The notes under the pieces: generated by a model
What the model was told of the DNA's origin: nothing
The model's database searches: none
The model's input: only the letters and a program-made list of their open reading frames with translations
Assembly (NCBI RefSeq): GCF_003704095.1
Contig: NW_020847034.1
Location: 62,001 to 126,000, forward strand
DNA from: Pocillopora damicornis
Lineage: Eukaryota
Direction: 5' to 3'
DNA length: 64,000 nt
Made by a program: the position numbers and the translations under genes
Part shown: positions 38,301 through 47,088 of the stretch, piece after piece
Numbering within the stretch: position 1 is the first letter of the stretch
Layout of the letters: the number at the start of each line of letters is the position of its first letter

Positions 38301-41300
38301 ACGTCCAATACGCCCTTAGCTTACCATTGCAAGCTTTGAATTGATCCATTTTTGGAAGGTCTTCTTATGAATTTCCTCTCTCTCTCCTAGATATTAAGAA
38401 AAACAAATATCAAGCCAAAGCCACGTGAGCCAACCATTGAGCATTTGAACAGCTCCCTCCACCTTTCTAGCGTTGACGCACATCGTTACAAAACGTCACA
38501 AACTGCTCCTTAAGTTTCCGTTTTCTCCCTTGTATGTTCCCTACATTGGCTTTCATATTTAATGAGAATTTTCTGGTAGATCAACACAATAGCGTCGAGA
38601 AAAGTTAGCCGTTTGCTTAATCACGGACTATAAAAAATTCAAGTTGCTTTGACACTACTTCCTCCCAAACATAGATATCTTCGATCTTCTAGAATAATCT
38701 TAAAATCCACGACTAGAATAAGCTACGTTTATTTAAAACTGTAAAAAAAAACTACCACTAAAAGGTAACTTGGTACAGAAAGTCTGCAAAATTAAGGTCT
38801 GACAGCAAACAAAATTCGGGATACAAAACTTTTTCGTCAGAAAGGATCATGACCGAAAATTACCTCTTCCTACGCAAACCAAATCATCGCCGGCGGATCC
38901 GAACATCTTCAATTGATTTTGTTCTTTAGTTTAATCACGTCGTTATGTAGATCATCCGAAAAGAACAATATTGTTTTTCATTCCATGTTGGTCTTAACAT
39001 CCGTCTTCCGCGACAGGATTTGCAAACAAATAACTTGAGCTGAATTATTTTATTCAATACAGAAAGAACAACACATCCAAGAAAACCAGGTGGTTCTCAT
39101 CTGTTGCATCAGAAAATGACGATTTCCTGACAACCGCCTCTTACCATTAACGTTTTAACTCAACTGGCTGACAATTATTGCAAAGTCAATATTGTTTTAA
39201 ATCAACTTCACATTACATAAACATGTCTTGAACAAAATACGAAATAACTGTTTTAGGTTTAATAAGCCTAGAAACCCACCGGAGTAGGAAGAATTTGTTT
39301 TCCGACAGATATATCGTGATAGTAATTGAATAATCACCTAGGTATCTGCGATTTTCATATATCAATTTCTAGAGGATCTAACAAGAAATCGCTCACAAAA
39401 CTAAACATACGCACTTAAAAGCATGCACATTCTGTGGGGTGTAGACTTGAGGCCGAAAAACTGTAATATGACCTACCTTGCTGCATTTTTTTCAGCGCTG
39501 TCAGGTTATATCCTGGTTTCAAATTTTAAGTTTTATGCAGTAAAAATAGAACACTACTTAAATATCTTTGCATGTGCCTTCCGCTTCTGGGGTAAGCGAC
39601 TAATGCATCAGTAAGTTGATATAAAAAGCGACGTGTGATATGTATGATGTAAATTAAGAGATGGAAAACAAAGTTCACGGAATATAGCCTAAATGTACTT
39701 CTAGCGTCGCCTTAGTCTTTTTTCATATTCATTCAAAAATTGAAATGTTTGTGGCGCACAATTCCTACAAGTCATCTGTCTTTAAGAACAGAAATTATTT
39801 GCTGAATACAATTTGAGAAAATTCATTTAGATTTCGATCGCACAAATATCGTGTGGTGGGTGATAAGGAGAGTTGTGTTAAACGATAGGGGGTTAAAATA
39901 ACTATTTTTGATCCACGTCTGAAACTCAAGGCAAACTTTCTTATAAACCAAACTAATAATTCCTATTACTTTCTCAAGTCTATGCTGCAGAACTCTGGGT
40001 TATACTATCACCACATCGACGTTTGATAACGCAATTTCTCGCGGCGTAAAACGTAAATTATGATAAAATATGCAGCGGAAAAGTTTCCCTCTTTCGATGT
40101 CTGTCTGTCAAACCAATAGAGAACAAAAATATGCCGCAAGCAAGTTCCAGATTGTTAACGCTTAGCATACAGTAAGAATAACATTTTGCCCAAAATACAG
40201 AATCAGCCGCACGCAATACGGAGTCGAAAACTTCTAAGCAGTAATTAAATGAAAAGGAAAACCTTTTTTAGATGAGGCTGATTACATTCAAATTTTTGCA
40301 AGTAAAATGATAAAGCGATATATCAGTTTTGACGTGAGAGAGGTAACTTAAGTAAATGCATCTTAATCATTCAAGTCAGTCTTTGTTGATCTGCAATTTT
40401 GAATAGTGTAGCAACTATACTACAACTTTGTCGTGATATATTTGTCGACATCTTTACTTTCTACTCTGGTCCCTGGTATCGATGAGAGAGCAGAGCTCTA
40501 TTTCAGAGGTGTGTTCAAAATCGGCAGCGGCTCAGGTATACTTAAATGAGAGCACTGACGGTAGACTTCAGGGGAACTAGCTGAAGGATGCTGTTTTACA
40601 GAATATATTCACAAAAAATTGAGGAAAGGAAAAAATAAGTTTAAATAGTAAATCTAACAGCACCTGGAACTTTTTTTTTCAAAGGAAGGATATTCAATTG
40701 TTTGCTCCATGTCCATCGATCCTTCACTCAACGAGCTGTGTCTTTTTTCCCACTGAAGTTAATTTTTCATAGTTCCTTATTAGATATTCAGTCTGCAATT
40801 CGTCTACAGCTGTGTCTGTTGTTGTAGTTTTCCTCAGACTTTATTGTGGGTTAGTTTTTAACGACAAAATATTCACTCTTGGCCTTTTGCGAAAGCTGGT
40901 TATATTTCCTGGTCGGAAACGACGACACAGGCACACCACAAAAAAGAAAAATAGGTTTTCCTAGCATGAGTCAAACCTGCGGTTGTTTCGCGTTCCTATT
41001 GGCACTTCAATTTTTAGCCACAGGAAGCTCCTAATAACCAGAGTTGGTCATAGCACTTTAGTAAGTCTATATGATTAGGAATATCATTCTATTTTTATTT
41101 TGACAAAAAAAAATTAAAAGAAAAGAAAGAAAAAGAAAACGAAAGAAAGCAGTTTACTACATTTTCAACCGTGAAGTATCTGCCTGACGTGCGAGCATTG
41201 TGGCTAGCGGAAATATTAATGCTTAGCCAAAGTACGTCATGTATGGGGAATTATTATCTACTCAATAAATATTATGTCCTATACTTTACATACATATAGT

Positions 41301-43734
41301 AATGTCCATAATAATTCCTCATGCATGACGTACTTACGATGCTTAGACTCCTTACTGACCGGCGATTATCGACTGTTGCAGGCTCAAATATTCGCTGCAC
41401 AATCAGTTACTTGAAAACTTTTGCGATCAATTATTGATATAAACAAACGAAAATTAAAAACAGCATGATTAATAGCAATTTAAGTTTCATTAAGGACTGT
41501 AATTTTAATTGTCTAACGGGTATGGGAGGAGACAATCAAAGAGTCGAGATTCTTATGGCTGCTGGTCAATAATTCATATTTAACGTTTAGTAAGAGTGTT
41601 CGATAAAAGAAGTCAAATTTCGCATATTTGAGACACAGAGAGCAAAGTTTCTTGGAAAAATATTTGGCCCAGAGAAGAATATTTTGTATTTGTGTGTACT
41701 ACCGAGTATTTCTTTGAAAAATAGGGACTGAAGGTCTTGCAGAGCTTAAATTACAGGAGAAAACTCGTCAAGTCGTTTTTATAATCGACGCATTTTAATA
41801 AGTAAATGGAGGCCCCCAAAATGGAAAAAAGCTAGAAGAATCGACACTCTTTTATTTCTTTTGTTTTGTTTTGCTTTGTTTTTCCGCAGAAAAGCGTTTC
41901 GATGAATAACCTCGTCTTCCGAACTGAACACGGACACAAAATGTGTTTTTTTTTTGAGTGGGGCAAAATCGCAACTTTTTTAAATCAAGAGGCGATACTC
42001 GTCTGAAACCACAGAAGTCAATATCATCCTGTTCAAAACTTAAAAAGTAGTTCTCGTGTTGAGTGTATTTTCTACACTAGTTAAACCTTGCCCGAGGGTT
42101 TAAAGGCATCAAAGTAATTTTCATCAAGTGCCATGTTTTAAAATACAGTTTTGTTGTTCTGCATGTTTACCAGGTAAAACATTTAACAGAGCATACTGTC
42201 TCCAAATCTGTTTTTATAACTTAATCACTTGTTTATTTACACAAATGTGGTACAATCGGTACATCTTTCTGGAAAATTGAATACGTCACCGCTGTCATCC
42301 GAAATATTTGTTTTTATTTTTTTCTCAGAGGGTACGATAACAAATCCTGAAATCTGATTGGTTCTTAGTACGGTCCGTCTATTCCTATCTCTGCCCGCGG
42401 GCAGGGTAACATTTCAGTGAGTCGCCGAGTACATCCCACCTTCGTCACCAATTTTCATAAATTTATCTCGTTTTTCCGGCTGGGCAGTATTTTTAGACAA
42501 AGACGTCGTTCACTACCTCGAGCCGATAAATAACTTATTAAACATCTCTTTCACCTCCTTCATATCACTTTGGTTGACAGAAAATAACATATATTTAAGT
42601 ACATCAACACAGACTTGGATTACTTGACGATGATACACAATTCTAACTTTTGCTACCAATTTTGTTATTCATATTTTTGCAAAAATAAAAGCTTTTGAGG
42701 TTGAGAAATAAAAACATTTTCGTGAAGATTGTCAGTTGGAAAACACCGTAAGGTGGCCGAATCATCTCGAAAACAGCTGAATAAGGGTTGTCTGGCTAAG
42801 AAATGTTACTTGAAGGTCAAATTTCCCTTTTAAAATAAGATCTGTGTCTGAAAGCGCCAAGAGTTTGCAAGGAAACCATTCAGTTGTCTCCAGGGAGTCA
42901 AAATATGAAAACAACTGATTCGATAAGATAAAGAACCCTTTTGAGCTGGCATCACCGAGCAACTGTCACCGCCAACTCTGTTTCGTCATCAGTGAAGAAC
43001 GAGAAGCATTTAAATTCGAAACAAGGAAATGTTAACAATTGATTTACTTGAGAGAATGCAGCAAGCAGGAGATAATTCTCAACGTGTTGCTCTTTCAAGG
43101 AAAAGTGTACATAGCATAAAAATTATCAAGTTTCGATGATCTTCTCTTCAATTTCCAAGGGAACATTGCTGACAAGGCACTTAACACTTGGTGCTTCAGA
43201 ACACTACAATTAATTTACCAACAAAACTATGTAAATTATTTCACAATCTGCGACTTTTACGATTGTTAGTTAATACCACAGGGGAAATCTCGGTTCGAAC
43301 GATTCATAATCGAACTATCGATCAGAAGTAGCCGACGCCTTGAAGCTACGGCCTAATAAAGTTAATTTCATATCTAGACGTTTGACCTTACAAGAGTTGA
43401 CGACAAATGACAAAATTTGGACCAAACACGAATTAATATCGTGTACATAAGAAAAACATTCCGATAGGAGCTGCAGTAACTCTTACTTTAAAAAGCTCCA
43501 CAGCAGTTTACTCGCTCGTTAGGCAGATAAATTTGGGGTACCGCATATGAAACAGCATTCAAATGAAACATGCATACAAATGTTTGTTCAATTATTTAAA
43601 GGCGCAATCAGCGAACACGTAACAACATTTTAAACGGCACAGCTTTAAATACCTGTCCGCTCTCGAATGGTTTGCGTGAAGATAGCTGACTCTCGGGTTT
43701 CGCTTTGCCTCCGAAGCGACTCGTTCGCCGCCAT
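1..43734 (-). CDS. DMD: Giant dystrophin/utrophin-like protein (CH1-CH2 plus >=26 spectrin-type repeats plus ER/K SAH); multi-exon, 3' end outside window
   Basis: 67 exons joined by hand with GT..AG ends and consistent phase. CH2 (EKKLLSWCK...[23 protein letters not shown]...KLLDPADIDVDKPDKKLIMMYLTSLF) and repeat 1 (LEAYRASL...MDDIKNHRQDVGNVEDMGQALI...TEIKNQLLLLHDRWE) resemble dystrophin/utrophin. The C-terminus is not visible, so nesprin or spectraplakin affinity is not excluded and the symbol is tentative. Confidence 0.8.
968..1152. repeat. Degenerate (GAAC/GAGC)n simple repeat in an intron
   Basis: gaacgatcgagcgaacgagcgaacgagc...; a similar tract lies at 25145-25412. Confidence 0.7.
10137..11120 (-). 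CDS. Three tandemly duplicated linker exons (KGF...G.LPH[IL]P motif)
   Basis: 10980-11120 (KKGFLINFGSLPHIPMVKQ...EAEGDNINRKK), 10682-10786 (NKGFGFSLGPLPHLPKMEEV...EAEEDNINRKK), 10137-10336 (NKGFGFSLGPLPHIPKVEEE...GRLQDWKNDANDIS). The intervening introns are near-copies of each other. Confidence 0.8.
11463..12123 (-). CDS. 661-nt exon encoding an E/R/K-rich single alpha-helix (SAH) segment
   Basis: Acceptor ttag|G ATC CAA (phase 2), donor AAG|gttgg (phase 0). The open frame reads IQDRLKILEDEQKRL... then about 190 aa of EEE/RRK-type blocks with no Pro or Gly. Confidence 0.88.
12661..17630 (-). CDS. Rod exons: spectrin-type repeats 13-18
   Basis: Exons 17456-17630, 17054-17235, 16645-16822, 16111-16292, 15617-15791, 15004-15182, 14510-14675, 14229-14410, 13963-14137, 13671-13852, 13118-13292, 12661-12842. 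Motifs such as EPIGYDI, DPIGNDI and ERWD. Confidence 0.9.
18075..19329 (+). CDS. Three spectrin-repeat exons of the same gene on an inverted, gap-bounded contig (repeats 11b, 12a, 12b)
   Basis: Plus-strand exons 18075-18256 (182 nt), 18735-18909 (175 nt), 19148-19329 (182 nt). Sizes and phases match the minus-strand module, and the contig is flanked by 100-N gaps. Confidence 0.88.
19779..31759 (-). CDS. Rod exons: spectrin-type repeats 1-11a plus a two-exon hinge
   Basis: Exons 31619-31759, 31112-31293, 30582-30723, 29954-30135, hinge 29280-29403 and 28738-28832, 28270-28435, 27507-27688, 26917-27091, 26638-26819, 26049-26226, 25471-25652, 24939-25128, 24629-24810, 24200-24380, 23562-23743, 23005-23179, 22361-22542, 21840-22020, 21466-21647, 20819-20993, 20498-20679, 19779-19947. 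Phase 2/0 boundaries alternate; heptad and Trp pattern fits spectrin repeats. Confidence 0.88.
20224..20417. repeat. Direct tandem duplication (~83 bp, 111-bp period) in an intron
   Basis: tcaagggccgtttgcataaacta...aaacact(t/g)cctttgc at 20224-20306 and 20335-20417. Confidence 0.85.
22735..22992. repeat. Interspersed CCAATCA/GATTGG-rich non-autonomous repeat
   Basis: Shares aaaccaaag..atcaca, gcgcgggaaaac, gattgg and ccaatca blocks with ~31865-32152, ~51570-51705, ~61908-62038 and ~62353-62490. Confidence 0.5.
25145..25412. repeat. Degenerate (GAAC)n simple repeat in an intron
   Basis: cgaacacgcgagcgaacgaacaaagaacgaac... Confidence 0.7.
26268..26332. repeat. (TA)n microsatellite
   Basis: Directly visible, with interruptions. 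Confidence 0.9.
28480..28690 (+). mobile_element. Degenerate tRNA-derived SINE
   Basis: B-box-like GGTTCGAGAC followed by the core tgcctctctccagccaagagtataaatgggta, resembling cnidarian tRNA-SINE bodies (from memory). A reverse relative lies at ~47735-47860. Confidence 0.55.
32485..38386 (-). CDS. Exons encoding the tandem calponin-homology (CH1-CH2) actin-binding domain
   Basis: Exons 38325-38386 (EREEIHKKTFQKWINSKLAM), 37863-37958 (AVPPLEVKDLIEEVRDGHVFLSLLEVLLGTTL), 37111-37188 (KREKGRMRVHKLTNVTTALKVLEKNK), 36235-36327 (VKLVGISNYDIVDGKSTTILGLIWSIILRFQ), 35584-35684, 35163-35246, 34403-34518, 32485-32597. All in phase. Confidence 0.92.
36020..36222. mobile_element. piggyBac-like MITE, degenerate copy
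   Basis: ttaacccttcagctcccaagatc...taggagttaaaggatta; internal similarity to 48043-48255. Confidence 0.55.
38864..38906 (-). CDS. Candidate alternative first coding exon 1b (MFGSAGDDLVCVGR-G)
   Basis: aagATG with an upstream in-frame TAA; 43 nt; donor G|gtaatt in phase 1, compatible with exon 2. Confidence 0.5.
41230..41335. repeat. 28-bp imperfect inverted repeat (hairpin or mini-MITE)
   Basis: aagtacgtcatgtatggggaattattat (41230-41257) versus ataataattcctcatgcatgacgtactt (41308-41335); 2 mismatches. Confidence 0.75.
43653..43734 (-). CDS. First coding exon 1a of the dystrophin-like gene (MAANESLRRQSETRESAIFTQTIRERT-G)
   Basis: aagATGGCGGCG start context; 82 nt open frame; donor G|gtattt in phase 1, matching the exon 2 acceptor (G+GA-EREEIHKKTF). 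Confidence 0.7.
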
Positions 43735-46700
43735 CTTTGCGAAGTCCTCGTCAAGAGTGGAATTTTGCAGTATCCAAAATTATAGAAACCTGCCTGCAAA
43801 GTCTATTGATCAGCGCAGCTCTCTTCACAGGTTACGCGTGGATTCCTCGAATACTAGTAATATGTAAATTTTGCATTTGAAAGGCGCCCTACGAGTTTAG
43901 CAAATATGTTTGAATAACAAAAGCGTTAAAACAAAAATAAACAAAAGAAAATCAAAGGCGGGAAACGCGTCACTAAACAAGGACAAATAACAAATTCCCA
44001 AACGTCTTGGACACGTCATCTTTGAATGTCATTGAGCAACCTGGAATGCAATCAAAGTCAATTGTGCTGATTAAAACCTGAAATAGAAAGATACTCAAAA
44101 TGTGACATACTTATGGGCGCGTTGCTTCATTTCGATGTCGAGCATTTAAATTAGGTTAACACTCAAAGTTTGCGTTGTGTGACAAACATCACGCAATCTC
44201 ACACAGGTTGCATTAAATGACAGTTCGAAACCGACGTTCTCGATGAAAACAAGAAAACACACCGGAGACTTCCTTTACATTTCGCAACAAATGGCCGAAA
44301 AATACATTAAAATGATGCCCTTGTTTTTAATTTATCTCCAGTGAAAGCCATGACATAAATGCACTTTATTTTATCCTGTATCCAGTGTTCCTTCCGGACG
44401 CGAGAGACTTTCCTTCCTGTTCTTCAGATAATTATTATGGTCAATGATACAGGTTCACACCACTTAATTGTGGACAAGCGATATCGATGAAATATTTCGA
44501 CTCTGTGCATTTAGTAAATATTAATAAATAAACTTTGACCTCTGGTAAAAACGTACAAGTAAAATATATTAAAGTTCACACGGCAACCAGGTGGACAATC
44601 AGACATAGTTTGATGCTACTCTGGTTTGCAGATTGAATGAACAACGTACAAACAAGTCCCCCTCCCACCCTCAATAAAAAACGCATATACACTTTCCCCA
44701 TTCTCACCCACACCTCTTGGTGACAAGGCTTTTTTGTAACATGCAACTATCTTTAGAACGAGATGCTAAGCTAAATTTCCCGTTAAAAATAACAAAACAA
44801 AGAAAAATGAGTCATCACATTTACGAAAAATAATGGGAAATTTTTCAGAAATTCAAAGTTCTTCCTTCTAATTTTTACAAAAGAAAAACTGATCTTGATA
44901 TAGTCACAAGTTTAAAAGCTAGATATTTCCTATCCGAGGAGAAAAAATATATTTCATATAAGTCTAGATATTTTCGTCTGTTCACAGGCAAGATGCTAAC
45001 TTTGTTAGGTCTGTTATTCAGAATCCAGGAGTCCATCCCTTTTATTTTTCCACCAAGCGTTACTATTGCGTCATCTGTCTCCAATGTCACTCTGCCAAAA
45101 CTACGTAGCATTACAATATTTTTTCCTCGTGGACAGTCTCAGATTATCTACGAATTTTTTCAGCCGCTTTCGGACATCGAACAAGTCATCAAGGTAAGAG
45201 TGACTTAATCGTATGAAGTATGTTGGAAATATTCAAGAGAGTTAGCCTGAAGAAGTCTGGTCAAAATCTTTGCGCCTCCGGCCTAGCGAGACGCCTTGAA
45301 ATAGCAATAACATAATTTTTTCAAGGAGCTGCGGGCGAACATCTGAGATTTTCCAACAGAGACAAAATATTGCCAACAAAAACGATATCATAATACGTTT
45401 ATTATAGAGCTTTCTTTAAAGAAAGAAGTCTGTATTTAATTGAATGTTATTCTTAAGGAATTAAATCACGATTTAACGAGAATCCAGTTTTAAACAACTA
45501 AAATTTTGAGACGTGCATTGCACAAGTTCAGTTTTCAGAAGGAATCGCATTGATTAAGCTCTCGTAATGTTTCAGGAGTGAAAATTGGATTTTAACGTGA
45601 GAGGAAAGCATACAATTTAGGTCTGAAGACTGAAACTTTTTCACACCGGTCCTATTTCAATAACAGCTCGCCACATCTTAAGTATGTCAGTCTCACTTGA
45701 GAGTTAATCTGTTAACATACGTTTTCCTTTGGCTGGTTTGAACCTAATTAAACCCACCAGTTTAGGAAGCCTTTTCGTTTCGGTTTCGGTACAAGATATA
45801 TTTTTAAAATATATTTTTTTTCAAAGACATTTCATGCAGCGACTGAAAGCACACTTTTCACCTGCTTCTGTTTGTCAAATATAGATAACACTTCATAATT
45901 TTTTTGCAAAAAAAAAAACTAAAACCGTGCGTTTTTGCGTGAATTTTCCCAAAATGATTTATCGTAGTATAGGTACTCACTGAACAATGGAGAAGAAAGG
46001 TTTTGTACAGAAATTCATTGGTAATGCTAAAGGAAGTCTTATTCATATTCAAAAATTTAAATTTTAACAATTGTTCAGGAAAATAAGTTTCCCCTCATAA
46101 CAGACACTGAGCAACATGAAACTTTATCCTTGCCAAAGCAGCAAAAATGTTAAAGAGCAGTCACATGTAAATGCAAAGTTTTGCTATACATTGCCACCTT
46201 AATCTCGAAGCAATATATGCAGCAGCTGTTGTTAGCTAAAGTTTTCACCTTCTGTGAAGCCAAAGGAGCCATTTGATTCATGTGGATAATTGAATTTTCT
46301 CAGAGAGCTTAATTTCCTGTGAGCCTTCAGATGCAATCAATATGTCACTGCACACAAAAGTTATTTTGATTATGTATTTCTACCTTGCAAAATTCTCATG
46401 CAAATTTTGCAAGAAGAAATAAGAAAATTAAGTCAAGGTTTTTTTTTTCTCCTTTAAATGGCTTTTGAGATGTGCAAATTAATTGAATGTTTCTGAACAT
46501 GATGATGCTGTGCATGAACTCCACTGCTAAAGGTAAATTTAAGGCTCTAGAATTGAAATTATCTTTTTTTATTATCCATGGATAAAATTCTGACATGAGC
46601 TCACCAAGAGCAGAAGTAATTCAACCATGTCAAGGTGACTCACTTGAAAATTTAAGCTTAATTGCTTTATCTTTCACCTCAATTTTGTCTTTTCCTTCTC

Positions 46701-47088
46701 AGATTTAATGGATGCATTAGTGATTTTCAAGGTCAAGGGTTTGATCACCCAATTGGGCAGGAAAATATTATTACTACCTTTAGAGAGCAGAAACACAAAT
46801 AAGTTTGAATATACCTTGGAGTAGTGTTACTCAAAATTTGAATGTGGTTGACATTGTTTTCCACTGAATGCATGTGATGATCTGGTTGCTGCTGTTAATG
46901 AGTAACTTCTGCTTACTTATTACATATAAATTTAAGATGACAAAAACTGTACTTAAGCTTGATGTTTCTTTTGTAGCTATCACACCATTTTGATGGGTAC
47001 AAGACAGATTCTTCTAAACTTGCTTTTACGGATCCAAACCATGGCTTCCATTTTCCAATAAAAAAGAAACAGCACAGATAGGTTTAAA

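Noticed and set aside
40664-40716. Possible third first exon (MDMEQTIEYPSFEKK...)
   Set aside because: Weak donor (gtgctg) in phase 2; it would fit only if the 9-A homopolymer were miscalled.
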